Assembly: GCA_951406725.2 (NCBI GenBank)
Contig: OX597815.1
Span: forward strand, 163,246,001-163,310,000
Direction of reading: 5' to 3'
Origin: Octopus vulgaris
Taxonomy: Eukaryota
Length of the DNA: 64,000 nucleotides
Shown: positions 13,059-24,995 of the stretch, piece after piece
Layout of the letters: each line of letters begins with the position of its first letter
Numbering within the stretch: the stretch's first letter is position 1
Program-made: the position numbers and the translations under genes
The notes under the pieces: generated by a model
The model's database searches: none
What the model was told of the DNA's origin: nothing
Seen by the model: the letters and a program-made list of their open reading frames with translations, nothing else

Positions 13059-13705
13059 CAGGGGTTGGCGAATTGGGGTAAATTATCTCAAGTGGGGTAA
13101 AAAGGAAATTCTTGGAGGTAATGAGGGAGGACTCATTAGACACAAGTAAAATTATATAAAAAATGTGTTCCTTGCTATGACAGAATTTTTTCTTCTGGCA
13201 ACACTGCATCTGTCCCAAGTAATGGATGTGCTTAGGAGCTGTTACATCATTTTGAAAAGTGACTTAACACATTATTTGTCAGTTGTCTATTACCCACTTT
13301 AACCTTTTGACACACATGTTTTTGCTTTAAGTAGATTTAAGTAGTTATTCAATTCAACCCTTTAACAAAATTGACTGGATCCCGAAAACTGTATCCAAAT
13401 TGCACTGGCATCAAAATGCCCCAAATTTGATGTAATTATTACAAAAATGAAACATCATTTCTCCAAAACATGAACTGAAACAGTTTCTAGAAAAAATCGT
13501 TTGTTTCATAATGAGGGTATTAATATATTTAATTTCATTTGTTTTATACTTTTTATATTTATAATTGTATTCTCCAAATAAACAGATTCAATAAACCTTT
13601 TCAATTCAAGGAATTCATGATTTTCTTCCTTTCAAATCAAGGGGGTAACATTGGCTTAAGTAAATATATTTGGGGGTAATTGGTTAAAAAGCTCCCTGAC
13701 TCCTG
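13059..13705. mobile_element. Non-autonomous hAT element
   Basis: 8-bp TSD agatatat (13051-13058) / agataaat (13706-13713). Ends caggggttggcgaa / gctccctgactcctg. Subterminal ggggtaa repeats. Confidence 0.7.
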
Positions 13706-13928
13706 AGATAAATAGTCTTGTGCATATAGTCACAAGGGTAGATACAAATTCTGTAAATTCTCATCTTGCGTTCACCTCTTCAAACAGGTATACCATATTT
13801 TCAAGAATACATATTGATGTAGTATATAGTGTAAACATGTAGTGTAAGCATTCAAACATTGTCACTATCTTTCCAAATCCTGCTGCATTTCACATGGAAT
13901 TTTTGGTCTTGGTGTATAAATTGCCTAC

Positions 13929-13971
13929 CTTTTTAATCATAAATTTTTCTCTAACAAATTTGACTGGTATA
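13929..13971 (-). CDS. Candidate exon 2 (43 nt) containing a putative start codon (MIKK, 13940-13929)
   Basis: Acceptor atatttttcag, donor AAG/gtaggc. Ends in phase 0, compatible with the 2444-2533 exon. Confidence 0.45.
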
Positions 13972-14249
13972 CTGAAAAATATGGTACTGAAGTGATTCCA
14001 ACAATGCAGAGAATTTCAACTAAAAACACAAAAGAACCAGAAAAGATACCATAAGGCATCAGTGCCCTAACAATTCTGCCCATTTTGAAGGGGTACTTTA
14101 TTTATTGATCCCAAATCGATGAAAGCAAAAGATAGGATTAAGGAAAGTTGATCACAGCTAGATATTAACTATGAGCACAGCAAGATGGAATAATAACAAC
14201 AAAACATCTTAAATTTTGTTCTAACAAAGTTTCCAACTCGCCATCTTAA

Positions 14250-14463
14250 CCCTTTCATTACTGTATTTATTTAGAGATGCTCTCTGTTTCTTTCAATTAA
14301 TTTTAAATATAACAAATAATTTGGTAAAATAACTTAGTTATCATTAAGCTAATGTTAGGAACATAAATTGTGACTAAGGAAGATTTTAATTCGAAACTTA
14401 TGAAAACAAGACATTTGTACCACAGAGTCACAGGTGGTTTCAGCTGGGTTGGTATCAAAAGGG
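14250..14463. mobile_element. piggyBac-type MITE
   Basis: TTAA flanks at 14246-14249 and 14464-14467. Ends CCCTTTCATTAC ... GTATCAAAAGGG, resembling the TIRs of the 3691 element. Confidence 0.75.
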
Positions 14464-15296
14464 TTAATATAATTAATATTATCAAGTGTGATAGAGGGGA
14501 AAAATCAAGAGAGGAGTGGACATAATGCCTAGTGGTATTAGTTATGTTGATTTTATGTCCAAACTGATCATGACTGACTTTGAATTTCATCATTCTAGGG
14601 TTGATAAAACAAGTATCACTCAAGTTCTTTTAATCAACCTGCCCTTCCACAAAATGTGTCCATGTTAAAAATTCTTATCAATGTGTAGGAGTGGCTGTGT
14701 GGTAAGTAGCTTGCTAACCACATGGTTCTGGGTTCAGTCCCACTGGTGTGGCACCTTGGGCAAGTGTCTTCTACTATAGCCTCGGGCTGACCAAAGCCTT
14801 GTGAGTGGATTTGGTAGACGGAAACTGAAAGAAGCCGGTCACACACACACACTGTATGTGTATATGTTTGAGTGTCTGTGTTTGTCCCCCCCAACATCGC
14901 TTGACAACCCAGGTGATGGAACCAGTTTAGTTACCAACCACCTAACTTTGTGTCCCCACAACTTAGCGGTTTGGCAAAAGAGACTGATAGAATAAGTACT
15001 AGGCTTACAAAAGAATAAGTCCTGGGGTCAATGCTTGACTAAAGGTGGTGCTCCAGCATGGCCACAGTCAAAATGAGTGAAACAAGTAAAAGAGAGTATG
15101 TCTGAGATCAGTTCTTTTATTTTCACTGGTTTCTGTCAGTGAACTGTGGTCACACAGAGACACTGTTTTTAACCTTTTAGTGTTTAATCCAGCCATATTA
15201 AGCCCAAATATTCTACCTGTTTTATGTTAAAACTGACCAGATCCAACCCTTCATACCTATCCAACAAAGTCATTTTAAAAATATAGAAACACACCA

Positions 15297-15740
15297 CTGG
15301 CGTTAGGAAGGGCATCCAGCTGTAGAAACATTGCCAGATAAGACCGGAGCCTGGTGCAGCCTTCTGGCTTCCCAGATCCTAGCATGGAGAACGGACGTTA
15401 AACGATGATGATGATGATGATGACCACTGAAACTTTGAGGCTACAAAATAATGCATGATTAATTCAACATATCATGAATAAATAAGCAATCATCATCATC
15501 GTTTAACGTCCGCTTTCCATGCTAGCATAAGTTGGACGATTTTGACCGAGGGCTGACGAACCAGATGGCTGCACCAGGCTCCAATCTTGATCTGGCAGAG
15601 TTTCTACAGCTGGATGCCCTTCCTAATGCCAACCACACCAAGAGTGTAGTGGGTGCTTTTTATGTACCACCGGCACGGAGGCTAGTCAGGCAGTACTGGC
15701 AATGACCCCACTTGAATCTTTTTACACATGCTACTGGTAT
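15297..15740. mobile_element. Two short RTE-tail-derived insertions: 15297-15423 (+) and 15490-15740 (-); further copies at about 18361-18735 (-), 19398-19540 (-), 20640-20795 (+)
   Basis: Same ggcgttaggaagggcatccagctgtagaaac...gcatggaaagcggacgttaaacgatgatgat sequence as the 3' UTR at 750-910. Confidence 0.8.
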
Positions 15741-16167
15741 CATTTGACAAAGAAATCTGAAGGGTTAAGGGTTCAACTGAACATAATGACTCAATATTAT
15801 AATTCAGTTATCCTCTTCCTATAGCTGGAGTCTCTTATTAGGTCTTATGTTATGTGTTGACTATACAGGATCAATCAGCCTGGTGTTTATCTTAGTTTCT
15901 GTGGTGTATAAATGACAAGGAGTAAAAAAACTGCCCACCACCCTTGAATGAGATGCCAGACTGTAGCGGAGTTAAGACCCCAGTTGTTGTTGGTATTCAT
16001 TTGAAAGTGAGTAGACTGGAGCGATGTGAAATGAATTGTTTTGCTCAAGAACACAACACACCATCCAATCTGGGACTCAAAACCAAGACCTTATGGTTGT
16101 GAGCCTGACACCTTAAACATTACACCATGCACTTTCATTGCCCAAATATGAAAGGTAATTAAAGTGT

Positions 16168-16580
16168 CGAGCTGGCAGAAACGTTAGCACGCCGGGCGAA
16201 ATGCTTAGCAGTAGTTCGTCTGCCGCTTCGTTCTGAGTTCAAATTCCGCCGAGGTCGACTTTGCCTTTCATCCTTTCGGGGTCGATTAAATAAGTACCAG
16301 TTACACACTGGGGTTGATATAATCGACTTAATCCGTTTGTCTGTCCTTGTTTGTCCTCTCTGTGTTTAGCCCCTTGTGGGTAGTAAAGAAATAGGTATTT
16401 CATCTGCCATTACATTCTGAGTTCAAATTCCGCCAAGGTCAACTTTGCCTTTCATCCTTTCGAGGTTGATAAACTAAGTACCAGTTACGCACTGGGGTCG
16501 ATGTAATCAACTCGATCCCTTTGTCTGTTCTTGTTTGTCCCCTCTATGTTTAGCCCCTTGTGGGCAATAAAGAAATAAGA
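16168..16580 (+). mobile_element. SINE family B with internally duplicated body
   Basis: Head gagctggcagaaacgttagc...gagttcaaattcc (A/B boxes). The body gtcgactttgcctttcatcctttcggggtcgat...agtaccag occurs twice. Other copies at about 3010-3220, 5175-5350, 11960-12150, 12670-13005, 40340-40735, 44985-45380. Confidence 0.85.
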
Positions 16581-17502
16581 ATATGAGAGTGAAACCAAAC
16601 CCCACTATACTTCAGCTCTTAATAATATATTGTGGTTAACAACTGTTCAAAATTGTAATCTTATTGTTACAAAATAAAAAACAAACAAAAGTAAACAAAG
16701 ACATTGTATGTTGTAGTATGATGTGAGGAAAAGGAAGAGGTATAAACATTTCATACAAAGCCTTTGTTAAGAGAGAAAAGACTAAAGAGAGAGAGTGATA
16801 TGTGCATAATAAATAGAACTGAGTAGTGTGTGTGAGTGTGGTTTTAATACAAGAGAGTAGAATGGAATGAAAAATTGTAGGTTATGTGCAGAAAGAAATA
16901 AGGAAAGGCAATAGAATGCAGAGGGTCAGTTAAGTGATAGTTGTGAGTGACAGTATGTGATGAGTAGACAGGTAGGTGAGGGGAGAGAGAGAAAGAGAGA
17001 GAGAGAGTGCAACATTTGGTATGCATGAGTGAGTGATCAGAACAAGGCTGTGTGAACAGAGCAGCATGTATATGCGACCGGTTGAGAGGAAAATTCTGAT
17101 GGTGTCAATGTGCATATTCCTATTAGTAAGGATGGGATCAGAGGGAAAGCTAATCAATTATTGATTCTACCAGGAGTAGATGACCTCAACTGGAAAACCA
17201 ATAGCTGTTTCTGGATGAAACAGGTGATATGCAGCCACGGTGTTGGAGAAATTCACAGATAACAAAATGATGGTAGGAATGACATGGAGAATCAAGATGG
17301 TTTGCAACAGGCTTGAGATCTGGTGCTATTCATGAGCCAGAAATTATGAAAAAGACAGTTCCTGGATCAATTTGCAAGTCTTTGAACAATTTTTCCTATA
17401 TATATATATATGTATATATTGATAGAAATGGCAAGACAACAAAAGAAAGGAATGAAAGAGACCTCAATATTATGTAAATAGAGGAATTTATCTGTAAATA
17501 TA

Positions 17503-17603
17503 ATATGTGACAATTATTCAGTAGCCATGATAAAACTCGGAGTTTCAGATGTCGAGGTGGAAACTTGGAGTTTTATCATGGCTACCGAATAATTGTCACA
17601 TAT
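17503..17603. repeat. 44-bp inverted repeat (hairpin) between (TA)n tracts, probably a Penelope-type inversion junction
   Basis: atatgtgacaattattcagtagccatgataaaactc / gagttttatcatggctaccgaataattgtcacatat with a loop of about 13 nt. Confidence 0.7.
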
Positions 17604-18245
17604 ATATGTATATATTTATATATATATATATATATACAGCTTTGATATTGGTATCTAATGCAATAAATTATCTAGAAACTTGGAACTATTCAGTGTGATA
17701 ATATTCTGGACAAAACAAAAGATTGTAAATAAAAAAAAGGTTTCTGTGGTTATAGTCTTGGGTCAGCTGCACAGTTTGCCAGCTCACATTCAGGATGTTT
17801 TTATGACACACCATTTATAGGGATGGTTGTTGGCCCACAATGAACTTGTCTGTCCTTTGACAGGGCTTGTTTTCAATCCTGCAGAGTGTCCACAACACTT
17901 TTCTCACTTGCCAACCCAGGTGATGGAACCAGTTTAGTTACCAACCACCTGACTTTGAAAAAGGTAGTACTGGATTATATGGTAGCAGTAGCAGGATTTT
18001 CCTGACCTGACCTAACTTGAAATGTCAGTATGCCACTATGTCACACCAGGAAAGTGGCACTCTTACATATACATATACACACATCGAGTTATATGGCACT
18101 GAGCGGTCTGGAAACCTTTTCAGCCACTATGACAAGCTCCTGCATTCTTACAGAAGCTCAACTGTCTTGACTTTATCTTGTCAATGGGCATATTGTATGA
18201 GAATGAAAGTGAGTCTGATGTGCACATAACTTTTTCTCACTTTAA

Positions 18246-18834
18246 CCCATTTGCATTTAAACTAGCCATATTCAGCCAAAATATTCTACCAGCATTTTTG
18301 TTCAAATAATCAGATCTGGCCTATTACACTTACCCTACAATGTCATTCTAAAAATAGACAATCATCATCATTTAACATCCGCTTTTCATGCTAGCATGGG
18401 TTGGACGATTTGACTGAGGACTGGCGAACCAGATGGCTGCGCCAGGCTCCAATCTGATCTGGCAGAGTTTCTACAGCTGGATGCCCTTCCTAACGCCAAC
18501 CACTCTGAGAGTGTAGTGGGTGCTTTTACATGACACCGGCACGAGGGCCAGTCTGGCAGTACTGGCAACGGCCATGCTTGAAATGGTGTTTTTTACATGC
18601 CACCTGCACAGGAGTCAGTCCAGCGGTACTGGTAACGACTTCGCTCGAATGTTCTGTTTATGTGCCACCGGCACAATTGCCAGTAAGGCGACGCTAGTAA
18701 CGATCGCGCTCAAATGGTGCTTTTTACATGCCACATTATCAAAATTTCAAAGCTACAAGATAATGCGCGATTAATTCAAAACAATGTGAATAAAGAAGCA
18801 TTATAGTTGACAGAATAATCTGAATAACAAAGGG
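18246..18834 (+). mobile_element. piggyBac-type MITE family B (core about 220 bp) with a nested (GAT)n-tailed retroelement; other copies at about 7037-7253 (-), 11563-11760 (+) and 15173-15764 (+)
   Basis: TTAA-CCC...AAAGGG-TTAA ends. Shared internal sequence (agccatat...aaatattctacc...tgttcaaa...aatgtcatt...gattaattcaaaacaatgtgaataaa...cagaataatctgaa) across four copies. Confidence 0.75.
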
Positions 18835-19748
18835 TTAAAAAAAAAAACCTTGTACACATCAAAACACTGTGTGTGAGTAGTGTGATGTCTTGCAATGTGC
18901 GGCACCAGTTTTTTTAATTACCACACTGAGAAGAATCTTTAAATACACAGTAAAATTCCTTGTATGAAAAATTATGTAGTTACTGAATGGCCTAATAACA
19001 GTACACAGCACAGACTGTCAGTATTAAATCTGTCTGTAAAGGGGTTAAAATGTGTCCAGTATGGAAGATTGCAAGTCACATAACTGACAGACACCCTCTC
19101 TCCCAATCAGTAATGTTGAGGCAGTTAGGGGTTTTTGCACATCTGTGACAATGAAATACCACCATTTCCATACGTAGGTGGTGGTGAGTAGTATAAGCAA
19201 GAGCAGTCACAGTTTTCTGTTATTACCCTCATGTGACTGTGCTTCTTGTTAAGCCTGCAAAGCTAGCTACAATCTTCAGTGAGTACTAATAGCTAAAACT
19301 TTGGTTAATATGCAGTTTAGTGTTGTAAAAAAGTGAAAGTAAATTGTGCTAGAAACCAGAAGTGATGACAATGAAACCTTTAAATTTCATTATATTTATC
19401 ATCGTCATTTAACACCTGCTTTCCATGCTAGCATGGGTTGGACGATTTGACTGAGGTCTGGCGAACCAGACTCGAATCTGATCTGGCAGAGTTTCTACAG
19501 CTGGATGCCCTTCCTAATGCCAACCACTCCGAGAGTGTAGTTTATATAATATGAAAATAGTATATAGTATGTATAAGTTCTTTGAACCTACTTTGCCATC
19601 TATGATCATACAGATATTACATAAATAAAGCATTGTCATCTGAATTTCATCTTGGAGAACATCTACTAGCCTTTGACAGATTGTGTATGGGATGCTTTCA
19701 TCATAGGATGAATAAAATTTACATGCCACAGAACTTCCCAACTATATA

Positions 19749-20388
19749 CAGGGTGGCCCAGAAGTAGGTTTACAGTTATTCAACTACCTCTTTTGCATTC
19801 ACAGATTAACAATTTAGATCTTAATTATAAAAAAATATGAAACCATTATTCTATGCTAATTTATATATATTTCTTTATGGCCCACAAGGAGCTAGAGGGG
19901 GCAAACAAGGACAGACAAAGGGATTAAGTCGATTACATTGACCCCAGTGCGAAACTGGTACTTTATTTATTGACCCCGAAAGGATGAAAGGCAAAGTCGA
20001 CCTCGGCGGAATTTGAACTCAGAACGTAACGACATACTAAATACCTATTTCTTTACTACCCACAAGGGGCTAAACACAGAGGGGACAAACAAGGACAGAC
20101 AAACGGATTAAGTCAATTACACCGACCCCAGTGCATAACTGGTACTTATTTAATCGACCCCGAAAGTCACCTTGGCGGAATTTGAACTCAGAACGTAATG
20201 GCAGACGAAATACTACTAAGCATTTCGCCTGGCATGCTAACGCTTCTGCCAGCTCGCCACCCTATTCTATGCTAATTTATATAATAAACAATAGGATCGT
20301 AAGACAGAAATTTAAATGTAATAAAATGTTTTAAAAGAAATTTGAAGTGCCTATGTGATAAATGTAAACCAACTTTTGGGCCACCCTG
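19749..20388. mobile_element. Tc1/mariner-type MITE
   Basis: TA flanks. TIRs cagggtggcccagaagtaggtttaca / tgtaaaccaacttttgggccaccctg. Confidence 0.85.
19868..20262 (-). mobile_element. SINE family B copy with a 21-bp target-site duplication, nested in a Tc1/mariner MITE
   Basis: TSD tattctatgctaatttatata at 19847-19867 and 20263-20283. Confidence 0.9.
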
Positions 20389-22127
20389 TAAGTGTGGCCT
20401 AAACTCACATCGAAAGTTCACCTATCAAATATCAAATGTGTTTTCTCTGTGGCTTTTATTAGTGTTGTTGAGTATTCTACGATGAAGCATTTATACCTCA
20501 GCTGCTATTTCTGGAAGGCTCATGCTACCACTAGAAAATATATAACTAGGTGTCTGTGTTTATGAAATTATGGGTGTCACTATGGTCACCACTTGTACAA
20601 TTAACTTGCATTTTTTTTTGCCATGTATAAAAAGCAGCCTGCACAAGTGGTTGGCATTAAGAAGGGTATCCAACTGTAGAAACCATGTCAAAACAGATAA
20701 TTGGAGCCTTGACAGTTGTCCTGGCTGGCCAGCTCCTGTCAAACTGTCCACCCCATGCCAGCATGGAAAATGGATGTTAAATGATAATGATGATGAAATG
20801 CATGTTAATCAGAACTTCTAGGAGCCACAATGGTAGACCTTTCACTGCAGCAGTGAGGATATTACATATTTGTAACAATGAAATATCGATATTTTCATAG
20901 GTGCATGAAAGTTGTAGTAAAGGCGCCAGCAGTCATGGTTTTCTCGTCCCCTGCATGGTTGCATTCCCTCCAGGAGCCTCCAGGCGAACATGGTTGCATT
21001 CCCTCCAAGAGCCTCCAGGCGAACATTAGATACTTCGTATCAAATTTGATGGACAAATTACCACCATGTACTTTACATATATGTATACACACACATACTG
21101 TGCACATATAAATATATATATATGTATATATATATACCATTTCATCATGCTGAACTTTCAATCTCTACACATCTTTTTCTCTCTCTCCATTTTTTCCCTC
21201 TTAACCCTTTTTGTCTAAGAGCGTAGGATCAAAACATAAAAACAACTTTCCCATTATTCCTGAACGTCCAACTAATACACCTGTTTGTTGTTCCTACACT
21301 TGTCTTCGTCTTTTTGTTTTCTGTAAATTTGAACTATATATATATATTATACATGCAGATACACACGTGTGTGTGTTTATATTATACCTGCACATATACA
21401 CGTGTGTGTGTTTATATTATACCTGCACATATACACGTGTGTTTATACATATATATATGGTTTCCCCGGCCTCCCCTATTATATTAACTGCTCTACATCT
21501 TAGAATATGCTTCTCCTCGGATTTATGTATTTCTACAAACGATATATATACATATGTATATATATATATACTAAGCACATTATATACATACTATACACAT
21601 GGGTGTATACACACACAAACATAATATACACGTGTGTGTATATACACACACGCATACTATACACATGGGTGTATATACACACATATGCATACTAAACACG
21701 TGTTTATACACACACACACACAAACATGCACAATCACAATGTATACAGACACGATATATGCACAAGCACACTAAACACACACGCATATACATATTTTATT
21801 TTATATAAAATAAACATTTAGTCACAAACTCATGCAATAAACATAATGCATAATATTTCATGTAAAATAGAATACGAAACTTCCATCTCTTAAAAAAAAA
21901 AATTAAAGAAATAGATCAAATATGTTCTTGTGGCAAATAAAAGAAATCATTATTTAATAATTGATCCTGGGAAGTAAAGTTGAAGGGGAAGATAATCTTG
22001 ATAATCTATATTATGAACCACAAACAACTGGAAAGTTTGCTCTGTTTCAATAATTACATCCGAGTTATTTCGTTTTGGGATTTGGTTCGCAAGATTCTTT
22101 ATACGAGTTTGTGTATTGAAGCATATT

Positions 22128-22320
22128 CTGTTGTGTCTGGGAGAGTCATTTTTCTTTTTGTGCCTTATAATGTAACACACTCACCGGTAAAATTACCACT
22201 TATTTCTTATTTTTATAAATTTTATTGAATTTTATTTATAAGAAATAAGTGGAAATTTTACCGGTGAGTCTGTTACATTATAAGACACAAAAAGAAAATA
22301 ACTCTCCCCAGACACAACAG
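22128..22320. repeat. About 83-bp inverted repeat from a Penelope-like terminal family; related inverted copy at 40985-41170
   Basis: 22128-22210 versus 22238-22320. The same ctgttgtgt.tgggagagtcattttctttttgtgccttat sequence forms a differently bounded inversion at 41 kb. Confidence 0.7.
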
Positions 22321-24245
22321 TACATTTGAGTTGTTTCATTGTCTATTTCTCTAGTTGTTAACTATATTCCTCCTTTTTATACTCTTCCCCATTAAGTAAT
22401 ACCCACGTCTCTATTTCTGCATCTTTTATTCCTCTTTTGGTCTCTTCCTTTCATATTTCTGTTATTCTAATACTTAATTTTTTTCTCCTCTTTCGTCTTT
22501 TCTAACAGTAATTCCATTCGCCAATGGACGACTTCAGGGGAATATGTTAATCCCTTTTTGTATGTGACCTCCATCAGCTACACAATCTGACTCCCTAGGT
22601 AGTTGTTAGGTCTTTGTGGGAGGGGTCATAGGCAGGCGTTAATCCACAATGAGCCTGCAGTCGCTTAAATATTTCTGTCTCTCGTATCCATCCATTGCTT
22701 CCTTCCTTCTCATCTCCTCTTCCTATTTGCTTTTTGACCTCTTTCTCTTCCTACTTGATTATTTCTACATTCCTCCCTATTTCCCTTTATCACCTTCATT
22801 CTTCCTTTGTTTAACTTATTACCCACATCCCATCTCTCTCTAATAAGTGTGTATACACAGATATAACATCCATGTGCGTGTATACATAGATATAACTCGC
22901 TTGCGTGTGTATGTGTGTTTGTTTTTATGTTCAATTATAAGAACGATTTACATTAATCTGATGGGTTACTCTCTACTTTTGCAGAGTACAAATTTATTAT
23001 TTCTATACAATAATGTTGTTGACAGTGACTCCGAAGTTTCAGTCAGTTACACACACACACAGAGTCGACAATCATTTCTTTCTATTCTCTATTCCACGAG
23101 TACACACACGCACACGTGTATGTGTGTGTTGAAGTAATGAAAACAAATGAATTCAAACAATGAATACGCGATCGAAATAAAAAAAAATTGGAACGTGCCA
23201 GACAAAGCAGGGCAGAATATAACATATATGTGATAACACGCATGATAAATTAACTATAAAAATTAAATATATAATCAAATATTAAGTAAAATAAAATCCT
23301 ATGAATTCACTAAGGAAGGAGAATAATATTTTTAAAAATATCAAGCACTTAACAATAACATAACAAAACATAATAAATGTGGATTCGATTTTTCTCATAC
23401 GATTGCAAATATTTTGGTAACTATTTTGGTAACTAACAGCATTTTAGAAAGCATAAATGTTACATAATCACTATAATATATCCAAGGTTTTCTTCCTTTG
23501 TGTGAAACCATTGAGGGAGCTTTCCTTTGTGGACACTTCGACTGCTAGAAATACCGTGAAAATTTCTGTACTGTCTTTAAACAAAGGTGGCAGGGGACAA
23601 TATTCGAGGTAGTGGTAGATATTAGCATGTCCAAATAAAAGCGAGATGGTTACGCCTGGAATATTTTTTGGTGGCAGAACTACTGGATCAGGGCTGATAT
23701 GGGTCTAAATAATAAACTATTGCACCAATAAACGACATTATCATACTATAAACACTATAGTTAATGTATATTAAGACAACAATAATGTATATATTCTATA
23801 TATATGAAATAATAGCCAAATCTACCCCCTACCAAATCACAGCCTATCTTTAAAAAATATAAACTAATGATACATTGGATGAGAAGTCTTAGATAAGCCT
23901 TATATTATGAATAATAATAATTTTATCTTCTTCAGGTACAAGGATTGAAATTTTGCGGAAGTAAGCTAATCAATTAGATCGACTCCAGTACTAGACTGAT
24001 ACTTTATTTTATCCACTCCGAAAGGATGAAAAGCAAAGTCGACCTCGAGGGAATAATAATAAAAGCAACAATAATTATAATAATAATAAATAAACGGATG
24101 TTTAAAAGCTGCAATACCTTAAAATCATAGATTTGGTGGATTAAGACTGGCCTAGGGTTATACAAAAACAATAACAAAATGAACACCTTTAATTAGGAGA
24201 GGGAGAATGAGTGAGAGTAAAAGAAAGAATGTGAAAGAAAAATAC

Positions 24246-24400
24246 CTCTGTTTTTTGCCGGTACTCGTCGATCCCTGGGCATTTGATAGTAAGTTGCTAA
24301 TGAGAAAGATATCGGTCGGCTTCACACAGTTTCTGAGAAGAAATTGCCAGCATTGGCACCAAACAATAGCCAAACAGTGACAGTATCGCTTCGCGCCGAT
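24246..24400 (-). other. Candidate first (5' UTR) exon; start position uncertain
   Basis: Ends in donor CAGAG/gtattt at 24246/24245. Contains an ATG at 24282 (MPRDRRVPAKNR). Confidence 0.5.
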
Positions 24401-24500
24401 ACTTCCGGTAAGATCACTGACTGTTTCCTCGGTCAAAACCGGTAAATCTCGGTGGACACCGCACTTTGTCGGAAACATCCGGCATTGCACGTAAGGTTGT
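24380..24500 (-). promoter_or_regulatory. Candidate promoter of a minus-strand gene
   Basis: Unique, CpG-rich sequence with ETS-type motifs CCGGAAGT (24401-24408) and CCGGATGT (24475-24482), directly upstream of a donor-terminated exon. Confidence 0.55.
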
Positions 24501-24995
24501 TTGAAATAAAAATCACGAGTATTTTATTTAGTTTTAGAATTATTTCTTGTCTTTTTATTATGCACATGCACACGTGTGTGTGTGTGACTGTGTTCGTGCA
24601 TGTGTGTATGTGTACGTTCGTGCATGTGTGTGTGTGTGTGTTTCCGTGCATACACATGTTCGCGCGCGTGTATATGTTCGTGAATGGATATGGATTTGCA
24701 TACACCTGTGTGTGTGCGAGCTTGTATTTGTGTTCATGCATATGTATGAGCATGAATCTTGATGTGTGTGTGTGTGTGTGCGAGTGTATATGAGTATGTT
24801 CGTGCATCTCTGGATTTGCTTATATTCCTATATGCGTGCTTGCATCCGTAGTCATGTGTTTATTAATTTGCATATACACACTGCCTATTTGAGCTTACAT
24901 TTGTCAATGAGTGAGTGCACGTGTGTTTGTATTTGTATATACGTACAAACTTGTCATTGCATTGCTCTATGAATGTGTATTAGTATTTAATGCAT

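Noticed and set aside
24158-24490. 110-aa ORF over the promoter as the true N-terminus
   Set aside because: It is in frame with exon 2 but spans the ETS motifs and probable TSS and has no recognisable protein features. Not excluded, but less likely.
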